64,000 bases of DNA from Candidatus Micrarchaeota archaeon (GCA_038046805.1 JBBSVO010000003.1:93963-157962); one strand, 5' to 3'; counted from the stretch's first letter, positions 7,565 through 17,441 are shown. Notes: a model not told the origin generated them from the letters alone. Numbers and translations are program-made.

Positions 7565-8236
7565 CTATCTTATCGGAACTTCAATACCAAGCTGCGCGTT
7601 TGCCGCCAGCAGTTTTCCATCCTCTGGGTCTGACATTCCGAAAGCCCTTACAAAGAAATTCGCGACTTTTGTTTTCAGGGTTAATTGCACTGTTCCTCCG
7701 GCATTTGGAGATTCTTTTCCCTGTACAAATGGGACAATCGCTGTTGCTGAAACAGAGACTGGGTCAAAACCCAAATCCGCACCAGCAAAAACCGGAGTGT
7801 TTCCTGTTATATCCAGTTCTGCACCTGCGCGTAGACCCAAGGAACTTGAAGACAAGTGTGCTACTCCGCCGAAAGCCCTTTGATTTCCAAGAAACCGACT
7901 TCTTTGTGCATACGCGGTTAATCCAAACCCACCGGGGGCAGACAGAGTAAGGTTTGCCCCTGCTTTTTCAAGCGAGGTCGCTCCACTCTCTAAATCACCG
8001 GCAAATGCAGTGCCAAGCCCTAGATTAGCACATCCAAATGTAAGCGAATGCTCAATGCCCAAACCTGCTTCATGTGTCTCTCCCTTTGACGTTTGATAAA
8101 ATGCCTGAGTTGATAAACGGCTCTGTAATGAATCAGCATTTGCCTTGAATGGCAAAAGCAGCGTTGCTACAGACGCCACGACAGTAATTACTTTTCCAGA
8201 GCTTCTGCTAACCGTTTGTAAACTAACCATAAGCAC
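7565..8236 (-). CDS. secreted beta-strand-rich protein (outer-membrane beta-barrel-like pattern)
   Basis: N-terminal signal-like segment ending ...PFKANA. Followed by repeated amphipathic Gly/Ala/Leu strands of 10-12 residues separated by short polar turns. Confidence 0.5.
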   Translation of the reverse strand: MLMVSLQTVSRSSGKVITVVASVATLLLPFKANADSLQSRLSTQAFYQTSKGETHEAGLGIEHSLTFGCANLGLGTAFAGDLESGATSLEKAGANLTLSAPGGFGLTAYAQRSRFLGNQRAFGGVAHLSSSSLGLRAGAELDITGNTPVFAGADLGFDPVSVSATAIVPFVQGKESPNAGGTVQLTLKTKVANFFVRAFGMSDPEDGKLLAANAQLGIEVPIR

Positions 8237-8336
8237 ATCACCTTTCTAATTTTTCTACAGCAGTTTGAACTGCAGTTTATGATATTATCTACGACATACC
8301 CAATATTTAAATGCTATTGGTGGCAATTATCACCAC

Positions 8337-9086
8337 ATGTACGAGTCGACATTAGAGGAGCTAGGGCTTACCTTAAACGAATCTAAGGTTTACGAGGCGC
8401 TTTTGTCGTTAGGCAGTTCTTCTATCGAGCAAATTGCAATTAAATCCAAGGTTCACAGAAGAAATATTTACGATGTTCTTGCCAAGCTATTAGAAAAAGG
8501 GTTAATCTCCGAATCATTCGACTATAATAGAAAAGAGTACCGTGCCATTCACCCATCGCGTTTGCTGGACTTGATACAGGAAAAGGAGAATAAACTACAG
8601 ATTATTCTGCCAGAATTGGAAAAACGTTTTAGTCACTACGAGGAAGAGGAAACTGCATATATGTACAAAGGAATTAACGGTTTTAAGCAGTATCTACAAG
8701 ACATCCTAGACGTAGGAGAAACAGCTTATTTTATCGGGGCAAAGGGATTTTGGCTTGATCCAAGGCTCCAATATTTCCTGCCAAAATTCGAGATAGAACG
8801 AAAGAAACTCGGAATAAAATTCATGCACATCTTTGATTATGAGGTAAAGGAACAGAAACCGGAGATATTGAAATTGGTTGGCCGACCATACAAATTCCTG
8901 CCGAAGGATTACTCAAGCCAGACCTCAATTGATTTCTTTGGTGACAGAATAGTTACATTCGTTGGAGTTAAACCCGGCCAACTTGACGAGGAACCCACCC
9001 AGTTCGTAATGCGAAGCAGACGATTAGCAGACGGTTACAGAAAATTCTTCAATTTTATGTGGGATAAACTTCCATTTGACTATTAG
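8337..9086 (+). CDS. TrmB family transcriptional regulator
   Basis: N-terminal wHTH LGLTLNESKVYEALLSLGSSSIEQIAIKSKVHRRNIYDVLAKLLEKGLI. Length and C-terminal domain are typical of TrmB. Confidence 0.8.
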   Translation: MYESTLEELGLTLNESKVYEALLSLGSSSIEQIAIKSKVHRRNIYDVLAKLLEKGLISESFDYNRKEYRAIHPSRLLDLIQEKENKLQIILPELEKRFSHYEEEETAYMYKGINGFKQYLQDILDVGETAYFIGAKGFWLDPRLQYFLPKFEIERKKLGIKFMHIFDYEVKEQKPEILKLVGRPYKFLPKDYSSQTSIDFFGDRIVTFVGVKPGQLDEEPTQFVMRSRRLADGYRKFFNFMWDKLPFDY

Positions 9087-9091
9087 TTACC

Positions 9092-9766
9092 CTACAATGA
9101 AAAGAACTCCGCACCCACGTTTCTTGTTTTCTCGTCAATCTCCGCAATACAATACCTTCCAAGCTTTGCCGCAGGAACTTTGATTATGTACGTGCTGCCA
9201 AGCATTGCCATGCCTTCAAGTTCATGAACATGCCCGCAGAACACGACGAGCGGCTTTTTTTCCTCGATGATTTTCCGCACTGACGAACTTCCAATGTGTA
9301 GATTCCCGCGCGGACTTGTAACTTCGTCAAAGAATCCGAGTGGGGGCACATGGAGAATGAGAATTGTATTATTATCAATAGGAAGTTTTTGCATCTGTGT
9401 GTGAATCTCATCTTCGCTTAATTCACCCGGAGTTCCGAACGGAGTTGGATTTGATTTTCCGAAACCAACAACATTCAATCTATCTGCCAGCTCAACCCGC
9501 TTTCCATGCAGATAACCTTTATGAGAAGTAGATGATGAAACCCTCTTAACCGCATTTTCCGGTTCGTTATTTCCAGGGATAAAAAAACAGTTTTCAAATG
9601 ACGAAACGACTTCCTCCAGAAACTTCGGGCTGTCGTTTGTAGTATCTCCTAAGATAAGGGTAAAAATGCATTTTGATTCTTCGTATTTTTTCCGCAATTC
9701 CTCAAACACGACCTCTTCGTCATGAAGGTCTGAGAATACGAAAACGTGCATGGAATGGTCAGCCAC
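9092..9766 (-). CDS. metallophosphoesterase (calcineurin-like)
   Basis: Motifs VFSDLHD, GDTTND, GNNE and GHVH in the canonical order. Confidence 0.85.
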   Translation of the reverse strand: MADHSMHVFVFSDLHDEEVVFEELRKKYEESKCIFTLILGDTTNDSPKFLEEVVSSFENCFFIPGNNEPENAVKRVSSSTSHKGYLHGKRVELADRLNVVGFGKSNPTPFGTPGELSEDEIHTQMQKLPIDNNTILILHVPPLGFFDEVTSPRGNLHIGSSSVRKIIEEKKPLVVFCGHVHELEGMAMLGSTYIIKVPAAKLGRYCIAEIDEKTRNVGAEFFSL

Positions 9767-10703
9767 CGATTTCCTTGGTCTGTGTTGGTCCTTCCTTTAC
9801 CCCAACTCCCTTTTGCGCTTTCTCCTTTGCTTTTGTATACTCGTCCATTATTTGGGTATAACGCTCATCAAAACGCTTAATCAACGAATCACCGAGTTTG
9901 TTCTTCGTGAAGTGATCCGCTTTTGCAGCCAGGGCAATAGAATTTGCAAGAGCACGGGCGATTTTTCCTCGCACAACCTTGGGTGATGCGGAAATACGAA
10001 CGTGCTGGAATATGATTCCGTGCTTTGGCGGATCTATTTTTCTGTTCTTCAAATGCTTGAAAAGGGCCTTTTCAGCACCAAGAACCTGAATAGTGCTTGA
10101 TGGAAGTATTGAAAGGCGGGCAAGTGAACCAACATGTGAAATAAGTTTTGCCGCGATATCCGAACCTGCAACTGCCGAGATATTTGGACAGACTTCATTG
10201 GTCAGTGTTTCAAGATATTTCGCATACTGATCCTTGAACTTGTATAGCATGAGAAGCTGATTTGCAAAGTGTCTGCACTGTGTAAGGTCCTCTTCTGTAA
10301 GGGGTGCGCCAATGCTTTTACCACATAAAGAGATTATTTCGTTTGATTTTCCGCTCCCGACGATTTTGGACAATTCTTTGGCATCAGGATTTGTTTTATC
10401 AAGAACCATGATAATCTCGCAGTATTTCCTGCGGTCTTCAAGCCTTAACTCCGGAAGATAAATGCCATATAATTCTTCAAGTCTTTCCCCTAAGGCATTC
10501 GCAACTTGAACTGTCTCGTCTATTACTCTGGACACATTGGCAAGTAAAATGTCCTTTCCGCCAAGAGCCTTGGTTGTGGCTTCTGCTGCTTTCTGAAGAA
10601 ACATCGAACGCTTGTTTGAAGGGCTGAAACCCTGTTTTTTGGGCTTCTGACCCGATCTGTTAGGACTACCGCCCCTGCTTCCTGTTGAATTTGGTCTAGG
10701 CAT
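9759..10703 (-). CDS. Nop56/58 (Nop5)-like C/D box sRNP protein lacking the usual N-terminal domain
   Basis: Nop domain signature AEKALFKHL...PKHGIIFQH...RGKIARALANSIALAAKAD preceded by a coiled-coil region. The N-terminus is a 45-aa basic Arg/Gly/Ser/Lys tail. Confidence 0.8.
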   Translation of the reverse strand: MPRPNSTGSRGGSPNRSGQKPKKQGFSPSNKRSMFLQKAAEATTKALGGKDILLANVSRVIDETVQVANALGERLEELYGIYLPELRLEDRRKYCEIIMVLDKTNPDAKELSKIVGSGKSNEIISLCGKSIGAPLTEEDLTQCRHFANQLLMLYKFKDQYAKYLETLTNEVCPNISAVAGSDIAAKLISHVGSLARLSILPSSTIQVLGAEKALFKHLKNRKIDPPKHGIIFQHVRISASPKVVRGKIARALANSIALAAKADHFTKNKLGDSLIKRFDERYTQIMDEYTKAKEKAQKGVGVKEGPTQTKEIGG

Positions 10704-10765
10704 AATGAGATAGTTGGCGGAATACTATTTAAAGCATATCTTATCTCAATTATAACGTGGCGGTT

Positions 10766-10811
10766 AGCTCCTAGCTTCTAGGTACTAGCCCCTAGCCAAG
10801 AGCCAGGAGCC
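10766..10811. repeat. CTAG-rich imperfect palindrome in a divergent promoter region
   Basis: AGCTCCTAGCTTCTAGG...GCCAAGAGCCAGGAGCC. Shares the 12-mer AGCCAGGAGCCA (inverted) and neighbouring similarity with 17545-17590. Confidence 0.4.
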
Positions 10812-10831
10812 ATAAATAACAGGTAGAAACC

Positions 10832-11350
10832 ATGACAGATATAACCAAGCTCACAAATGAAACCATAAACAAGGGCGGAGTGCTGGCCATATTTTATTTT
10901 GACCTCCATGCGACCTCAACGGACATGCTGCAGCAACTTGGAGCCGGATTTATACAGAAATTACTAAGCGAACCAGGAGTTGTAACTGCATTGGGGGAAA
11001 TAGACGAACCAATAGAAGCAGAGGCTAAAGAAGGAATTGACAGAAAGATGCTATCCACAGCAATCGAGGTAAAGATTCTGGTGAAATCATTTGCAGATAT
11101 AGCAAGGATATGTGCTGTATATAGCCCATTCTCTATTGAAATCCTGCGACCAAGCGAAATAAAACTCCCATTGGACAAGGCACACGAACTCCTTACAAAC
11201 ATTTCAACCACGACGTTTGGATATAAAAAACACATCGTTGAAAGACTTTCAACAAAAGAAGAGCTGGAGAATTACAAAAAAGTAATCCAACAAAAGATGG
11301 AGTTAGGAAAGAAGTTGCTTGAAAAAAAGGATGGCGCTGATAAAAAGTAA
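10832..11350 (+). CDS. hypothetical protein
   Basis: 172-aa ORF immediately upstream of the KaiC-like ATPase (14-nt gap). Confidence 0.5.
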   Translation: MTDITKLTNETINKGGVLAIFYFDLHATSTDMLQQLGAGFIQKLLSEPGVVTALGEIDEPIEAEAKEGIDRKMLSTAIEVKILVKSFADIARICAVYSPFSIEILRPSEIKLPLDKAHELLTNISTTTFGYKKHIVERLSTKEELENYKKVIQQKMELGKKLLEKKDGADKK

Positions 11351-11364
11351 ATTGAGGGATTTGC

Positions 11365-12063
11365 ATGCTTAAACGCGAATTTGTGAAAACCGGAATACCA
11401 GGACTGGACGAAATATGTGGTGGAGGATTTCCACGGGAATCAATCATAACTCTGAGCGGGCCTACTGGATGCGGAAAAAGCACATTTGGTATGCAATTCC
11501 TTGTAGAAGGTGCATTGAAATACAAGCAACCAGGACTTTACATTTCAATAGAACAGGACAAACAATCAATGTTCCTGCATATGAGCGGGTACAAATGGGA
11601 CCTTGAAAAACTTGAAAAAGGCAAACAACTCGTGTTTTTGGATTATCCGCTTCACGAAGTAGACCAATTCATGCAGCAAAACAGCGCAATTGCCGAGATA
11701 ATCAATACAACCGGGGTTGAACGGGTTGTAATAGATTCCGTAATGCCGCTTGCGATTATTTTTGCAAATGACGACGAACGAAAAAGGGGATTCCTCAGCC
11801 TGATAGATCATATAAGAAAATGGGGTGCGACCGTGTTGATTATTTCAGAGGATACGCCGGCGACTACCCAGGATGTGTTGCCGGATACAAGATATGGGAT
11901 TGAAACGCTCAGCGACGGCTGGATGCATATATACTTTCTTTATGATAAAAGCAGGGAACGTAAAAGAGCAGTTGAAATAATCAAAATGAAAGGTGTTGCC
12001 CATTCGAGCAAGATATACCCGCTTGAGCTTGACGATGATGGTTTTAAAGTGAATCGGGAGTAA
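11365..12063 (+). CDS. KaiC/RecA-superfamily ATPase
   Basis: Walker A GPTGCGKST, Walker B-like VVIDS, single KaiC-like domain of 232 aa. Confidence 0.8.
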   Translation: MLKREFVKTGIPGLDEICGGGFPRESIITLSGPTGCGKSTFGMQFLVEGALKYKQPGLYISIEQDKQSMFLHMSGYKWDLEKLEKGKQLVFLDYPLHEVDQFMQQNSAIAEIINTTGVERVVIDSVMPLAIIFANDDERKRGFLSLIDHIRKWGATVLIISEDTPATTQDVLPDTRYGIETLSDGWMHIYFLYDKSRERKRAVEIIKMKGVAHSSKIYPLELDDDGFKVNRE

Positions 12064-12589
12064 CGATTATTCCGAAAACGGATTTTCCGATTTTGCTGCT
12101 GGCAGAGATACCGGAACTGCAATCGATAATGATTCGTTTATCGGTTTTTTTGAACCGCTCGCTGTTTGGTTTGTCTTCTGCACCAATGATTATGTCAAAA
12201 ACCTCTCCGGCATCTCCCTTAAAATTTTTTCCAATCCGCCCTACGAGAAGTCTCTTTTTTTCTACAAAGCCGGATAAAACCAATTTTGAAGGAAGAGGAA
12301 CAACAACGCGCGCTTTTATTTTGAGAAGCCGCTTGATTAGTTTTTCACTGCCAGTTGCTGCGGCGCCCTCAACCTGGATATTTACAACATAAGTCAGATG
12401 GTCGTATATATCGAAATTCATCTCATTTCCGTGTTCGGCATCAAGATCGACAATGTGGATAAGTTTAATCCCTTTTTTCTTCCATTCACGCGCAAGCTCT
12501 GTTGGCTTTCCAATGAGAATAAGCGAACCCTCTGCTGATTTGGAGAACGCCTGCTTATCTTTGACATATATCAGGGGAATCTGCATCAT
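12044..12589 (-). CDS. HisA/HisF-like (beta/alpha)-barrel family protein, short and divergent
   Basis: The N-terminal pattern IPLIYVKD...LAREWKKKGIKLIHIVDLDAEHG resembles ProFAR isomerase, but the protein is only 181 aa. Confidence 0.35.
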   Translation of the reverse strand: MMQIPLIYVKDKQAFSKSAEGSLILIGKPTELAREWKKKGIKLIHIVDLDAEHGNEMNFDIYDHLTYVVNIQVEGAAATGSEKLIKRLLKIKARVVVPLPSKLVLSGFVEKKRLLVGRIGKNFKGDAGEVFDIIIGAEDKPNSERFKKTDKRIIIDCSSGISASSKIGKSVFGIIVTPDSL

Positions 12590-13932
12590 GAATTCACTTT
12601 TTCAGTTTTATTTTTTACCATATTTATCCTTGTAATTAAAGCTTGCATAATTGGAGGGGTTACGATAGTTGTAAGCAAGGCCATGGTGGCCAATATCGAA
12701 TATTCTGCCGGATTCAGGATTTTCGTTGTCAAACCTATCGCAGCAACTATAAGCGCAACCTCTCCGCGCGGTGCCATGCCAAAGCCAACTATAGCGGCTT
12801 CTAGCTTGGTTAGGCCAGAGAAGAATGCTGCGATCCCGCAGCCAATTACTTTTGTGAATATCGCAAGAACTGAAATAATCAAAATCGGCACCAGGAAAAT
12901 TTGTAGGGCATTTACATCCATCAGCATCCCGAGCGAGATAAAAAATATCGGCATGAACAGCATCTCAAGGCCGTATGTTTTTTCTTCAATTTCCTTGTTG
13001 TGCCTGCTGCTGTTCAGGATTATTCCTGCCATGAACGCGCCAACTATAGCCGAGAGACGTATGAATTCTGCAATATATGAATAGAATAAGACCAATGCAA
13101 GAACCATCAAAAATCGTTTTGCGTCCAGTTCCTTCTTGTCCAGGTATTTGACAAAGTAATTACCCGAGATTACGGCACCTGCAAGAAACACAATGGCTGT
13201 GATGAAGGTAGTAATCAATGAAATTGCAGTCGCATCCTGCCCTCCAACCCCGGTTATGTTTATTACGAATGACAGAACGAGAAGTGCAAGGATATCATCA
13301 AGCACTGCTGCACCAATTATGATTTCTGCAAAATGCTCGGACATTAATTTGAATTCTTTTAGAATCGCCACCGTAACACCGACCGATGTTGCGGTTAGTG
13401 CCGCGGCGACAAACATGGAATATACAAAACTTCCTCCTGTTGAGATTGCGTAGAAGTAACCTACTACAAAAGGGATTACTACGCCAGCAGAAGCAACAAA
13501 CAGGTTGTCGAATGCGAATATTTTCTCAATCTTGTTGTGCATGCCGACTTTAAACAAAAGAACGATTGCACCAAGCTGCGCAAAGACGCTGATAACACTT
13601 TCAAACCTTAGTATAATAGGTTGGTTCGCTGGAATGCTGAATGGAAGATTTAAAGTTCCAAGAAACTCCCATGATATGGATAAAAAACTAGGGCTTAATA
13701 GAACCCCCAGTACCATGAGAATCATAACCGTCGGTTGTTTGGTATATACCACCACCAATTCCCCGACTACTGCCAGAAGAAGCAGGAAAACTATTTCGAA
13801 ATAGATATGCTTTTCTTCCTCAACCTCTCCAAATACACTGGTCCTAACTATTGAAATTACCAAAAGTAGGAATATACCCAGTACCAACAATGCGATAGTC
13901 GGTAATGCCTTTTTTATAGTTTCCTGAATCAT
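12586..13932 (-). CDS. monovalent cation:proton antiporter (CPA2/Kef-like)
   Basis: 448 aa with about 12 predicted TM helices. Sodium/hydrogen exchanger family layout. Confidence 0.8.
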   Translation of the reverse strand: MIQETIKKALPTIALLVLGIFLLLVISIVRTSVFGEVEEEKHIYFEIVFLLLLAVVGELVVVYTKQPTVMILMVLGVLLSPSFLSISWEFLGTLNLPFSIPANQPIILRFESVISVFAQLGAIVLLFKVGMHNKIEKIFAFDNLFVASAGVVIPFVVGYFYAISTGGSFVYSMFVAAALTATSVGVTVAILKEFKLMSEHFAEIIIGAAVLDDILALLVLSFVINITGVGGQDATAISLITTFITAIVFLAGAVISGNYFVKYLDKKELDAKRFLMVLALVLFYSYIAEFIRLSAIVGAFMAGIILNSSRHNKEIEEKTYGLEMLFMPIFFISLGMLMDVNALQIFLVPILIISVLAIFTKVIGCGIAAFFSGLTKLEAAIVGFGMAPRGEVALIVAAIGLTTKILNPAEYSILATMALLTTIVTPPIMQALITRINMVKNKTEKVNS

Positions 13933-15272
13933 TCAAATTTCACCAATCTTTCAATCGCATCCTTCACAAAAACAAAATCCTCTTTTCCGCTTTTCATATC
14001 CTTTAGCGTGATTTTGTTTTCCTTTGCCTCGCGCTCACCAACTACCGCAAAGAATGGCATACCCAGAGAATTTGCATAATCCATCTGCTTTCTCAGGTTG
14101 CGCTCATTGAGATCAGTTTCCGTTGCGATACCAGCCGCCCTAAATTCTCCAGCTACCTTTGCCGCATAATTATAAAACTCTGGTTTTACACAACCAACAA
14201 ATACCTTTGTGTAGGTTTTAGCAGTTCCGCCCGAATTGTTCTTCGCATTGCGTTCTTTGATAAGGGTTATGAGCCGCTCGATTCCGATTGAGATTCCGAT
14301 TGCGCAATCGGGCTGGCCATAAAGACCTAAAAGCTTGTCATATCTTCCTCCGCCTGCGATTGTCCCGATTCCGTCAGAAAGTTTTATTTCAAATACCGGG
14401 CCTGTGTAATAGCCCAATCCACGGACCATCGCCAGATCAACCACCACTTCAAATCCAGCAGAATCGCACAATGAAACTATTTCGCGAAGCTCTGCAACAC
14501 CTTCTGGACAGACATTCTCAACTGCGCGCAACTTATCCTCGTTCTCCCCGCTCATTTTCACGAGTTCAAGAACTGTTTTTGTTGCCTTTTTACCTATGAT
14601 TCCTTCAAGCTCCACGCGGACTGCAGCCTCTCCGATTTTATCTGTTTTGTCAAGAACCCGCAATATATCATTTATATTATCGCCCATGTCCAGGTCATCC
14701 ACAATCGCGTCCATGATTTTGCGGTTATTTAGCAGGATTCTTGGATTTTCAAATCCAAATCCAACAAGTGATTCTCGAGCCACGGACAAAACTTCTGCCT
14801 CTGCACGCATAGACTTGCTTCCTATGACATCAATATCAGCCTGCCAGAACTCGCGGAATCTTCCGCGTTGCGGCTCTTCTTTTCTCCATACATTGGAGAT
14901 ACAATATCTTTTGAATGGCTTTGGCTCTGCGGTATTTGATGCAACCCTTGCAAGCGGGACGGTAAGATCGAATCTGAGGCCGTATTCGTTCTTTCCGATT
15001 TTGTTCTCGCTGTTCTCGCCGTTTTCGCTTTTTTCCGTATTTTGTTTTTTTCCGCTTCCGCTCACGATTTCAAATATCTCGCCTTCAATGTCTTCTCCTG
15101 CCTTTGCTCTAAGAGTTTCGAGATATTCCATAGCCGGAGTTTCAAGCGGCCTGTAACCATACTTACGGTACACGGCTTCGATCTTAGCGAAAACCTCATT
15201 GCGCAGTATCATATCCTCTGGGAGAAAATCCCGCATTCCTTTAGGGGTTGATTTTGACGACATAGGAATCAT
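13929..15272 (-). CDS. hisS: histidine--tRNA ligase
   Basis: Class II motifs GMRDFLPED, YRPLETPAMEY and GGGRYD. C-terminal anticodon-binding domain. Contains a low-complexity insert, KKQNTEKSENGENSENK. Confidence 0.9.
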   Translation of the reverse strand: MIPMSSKSTPKGMRDFLPEDMILRNEVFAKIEAVYRKYGYRPLETPAMEYLETLRAKAGEDIEGEIFEIVSGSGKKQNTEKSENGENSENKIGKNEYGLRFDLTVPLARVASNTAEPKPFKRYCISNVWRKEEPQRGRFREFWQADIDVIGSKSMRAEAEVLSVARESLVGFGFENPRILLNNRKIMDAIVDDLDMGDNINDILRVLDKTDKIGEAAVRVELEGIIGKKATKTVLELVKMSGENEDKLRAVENVCPEGVAELREIVSLCDSAGFEVVVDLAMVRGLGYYTGPVFEIKLSDGIGTIAGGGRYDKLLGLYGQPDCAIGISIGIERLITLIKERNAKNNSGGTAKTYTKVFVGCVKPEFYNYAAKVAGEFRAAGIATETDLNERNLRKQMDYANSLGMPFFAVVGEREAKENKITLKDMKSGKEDFVFVKDAIERLVKFE

Positions 15273-15288
15273 ATTAACACCAAACCAA

Positions 15289-16350
15289 TTAATACCTGAC
15301 CTTGGCGGATTTTACCGCATCTTCCAGAGCATACATAACCCGAAATGCAAGCTCCCATAGGTCTGCGCAACCAGAAAGGTCTGGAAGCAAACCCAGGGGG
15401 GTTGGGGTTCTCAAAACTGCGTACTCGGGATATTTCCCAAGTTTTGACTTCAGTCTTAACAGATCATTAAATGCATTTATTGGAGGGAATGGCACGCAAA
15501 GCGGGCAAAAATCAGATATGGATTCAACTGCCTTAAATGCCAGCCTTGCAATCTCCGGGATTTTTCCGCTATCGAATTCAAATGGGGAAACCGCATAGGC
15601 AAGCTCCGGACATAAAATGCCAGGCAACAGAAGATAGAATTCACTGTAGTTCCATGAAGCAGATGGCCGCACTTTTCCCTCCAATGCCAATTTTTCTATA
15701 TCCTCGAGCGAATACTTTCCATACTTGCCTCCGTAAAAGGTTTGCGGAATAAGAAGGCGCCCTTCTTTCACGAATAGCTGGCCTATCTTCTGCCCGCTTG
15801 ACTTGAGATTCATTAGCACAATCTTTGAATAAAATGGAGACAAGTCACGGACATATGACACTTGCGGTATCCTGCCTGCCTCCTGCCTAAATGAATCTGC
15901 CATAAGGTCTCCGCGCGCATTCCTTAATTCGTCCAGCGAGGTATAAGGTTCTGGCTTAGGGACGGTTTCGCGAAGTACAATTGCATTATCAACATCCCAA
16001 ACATACTGAGATATGAAACTATCCTTGTAAGGCGCAGGCATCCAGCAATCCAAAGTAAGTTCAAGAATCCCAAAAGGAACCCCGAGTTCTCTTGCAATGG
16101 CAAAACCCATCAAAGCCTCTGCATCCAACCGTGCGAGTTGCCGTGGAAGAACAACTCCACACAGGTTTAGTTCCAGAGAATCGAAATCCACGCCCCATCT
16201 TTCCTTTAGGTATTTGCGTGCCTTTGAAGAACAATCCGAGGATGCTCGCTGTCTGGTTTCTTCCCCAAACTGCTCTTTTGAAAGAACGTATGGGAGCCTA
16301 AAGGTTTCCCTGCAGTATTTTTCAGCAATACCACGGATATCACTTCGCAT
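15289..16350 (-). CDS. hypothetical protein (last gene of the radical SAM cluster)
   Basis: 353-aa ORF with no recognised motif. Its start overlaps the stop of the 37-codon ORF. Confidence 0.5.
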   Translation of the reverse strand: MRSDIRGIAEKYCRETFRLPYVLSKEQFGEETRQRASSDCSSKARKYLKERWGVDFDSLELNLCGVVLPRQLARLDAEALMGFAIARELGVPFGILELTLDCWMPAPYKDSFISQYVWDVDNAIVLRETVPKPEPYTSLDELRNARGDLMADSFRQEAGRIPQVSYVRDLSPFYSKIVLMNLKSSGQKIGQLFVKEGRLLIPQTFYGGKYGKYSLEDIEKLALEGKVRPSASWNYSEFYLLLPGILCPELAYAVSPFEFDSGKIPEIARLAFKAVESISDFCPLCVPFPPINAFNDLLRLKSKLGKYPEYAVLRTPTPLGLLPDLSGCADLWELAFRVMYALEDAVKSAKVRY

Positions 16351-16453
16351 ATCCGAAACAGTGAAGTAAATCCCTTCCCATTCTCTGTTCCCGATTCTCA
16401 GCTCCTGGTTTCAGGTTTCCCGCTCCAGGCCTCCTGTTTTCTGTTTTGTACAT
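16340..16453 (-). CDS. candidate 37-aa peptide MYKTENRRPGAGNLKPGAENREQRMGRDLLHCFGYAK
   Basis: ATG lies 1 nt after the radical SAM stop codon, and GGAGGG lies about 6-8 nt upstream. The stop overlaps the downstream gene start. It is the tail of ORF-track entry 16340-16582. Confidence 0.3.
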   Translation of the reverse strand: MYKTENRRPGAGNLKPGAENREQRMGRDLLHCFGYAK

Positions 16454-16454
16454 T

Positions 16455-17441
16455 TCAAATCCCTCCTTTTTGTTTTTCAGTTTTTTCTCTTTCTGAACGT
16501 GACAAATAGTGATACGCCGGACAATCAAGCGGATTTCCCTTTGATGAAAACTCCCTTTCTCGCACGAGTTCTCCGTCCTCATAGCGGCCTATTGCATTTT
16601 CAGGCTGTGTGAGGTAGATACATGGATAGATATTGCCGTCAACCCCGATGGTAAGGCCGCCATCCCTTGAACCTGCACCACAGCAAAATTGTTTTTTCCT
16701 GAACTGAGTGCCTAAAGAGCCTGCAGCTGAAAGATAGATAGCCGGATAGCGGATGCGTAATTCATCAAGCATCCCGAAGAAATTCCCAGTTTCCTGCTCA
16801 GTTAGCATTTGCGGACCTTTTCCATTAATCCGCAAGTATCTCAAGAACTGAACCACCTGCGCGCCCTGACAGATACACTCTTCGGCCATTTGCGGGACAA
16901 AATCCAAATTCCTCTGTGTAATAGTGATGCGCATCATCAATTCAAGTCCGCTTGCAACCACGCGCCTCGCAGCCTCACGCACGATATCAGAGGAGGTAAG
17001 CCTCAGTCCGCTGTTTTCAAAATTCGCGGTCAGGACAACCTGCCTTATCCCAATATCCCTTATCTCTTCGCACAAATCCGATTTTTCAACAAGAACTCGG
17101 CCATTTGTAAGAACAGATGTTGAAGCAGAAGCCTTGAGGATTTCGGCCAATCTTCTGAATCGCAGAACCTCAGTTGTGCTTGCGAATACGGAAAACCCGG
17201 CTTTCCTGAACCTGAGAAGATCTACGATTATCGCCTCTTCGGTTCTCTTGATCCTCTTTTTATATGCGCCTCCGGATAGCACAAAACACCCAGTGCAGCG
17301 CGAATTGCAGGGAGGTTCTGTTTCTGGCAAAAACATATATGTAATTGTGGGGCGCCGTGCGAATTTCTTCATATATTCCGGAATTGATGCAAATTTTCGG
17401 CCGCACGCTGGCGCGCAGGTAGGATTAATCATTTTTTCCAC
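16455..17441 (-). CDS. radical SAM protein with C-terminal SPASM/twitch-like Cys motif
   Basis: CNSRCTGC (CX3CX2C) near the N-terminus. C-terminal CCGAGSRDGGLTIGVDGNIYPCIY. Confidence 0.8.
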   Translation of the reverse strand: MEKMINPTCAPACGRKFASIPEYMKKFARRPTITYMFLPETEPPCNSRCTGCFVLSGGAYKKRIKRTEEAIIVDLLRFRKAGFSVFASTTEVLRFRRLAEILKASASTSVLTNGRVLVEKSDLCEEIRDIGIRQVVLTANFENSGLRLTSSDIVREAARRVVASGLELMMRITITQRNLDFVPQMAEECICQGAQVVQFLRYLRINGKGPQMLTEQETGNFFGMLDELRIRYPAIYLSAAGSLGTQFRKKQFCCGAGSRDGGLTIGVDGNIYPCIYLTQPENAIGRYEDGELVREREFSSKGNPLDCPAYHYLSRSEREKTEKQKGGI

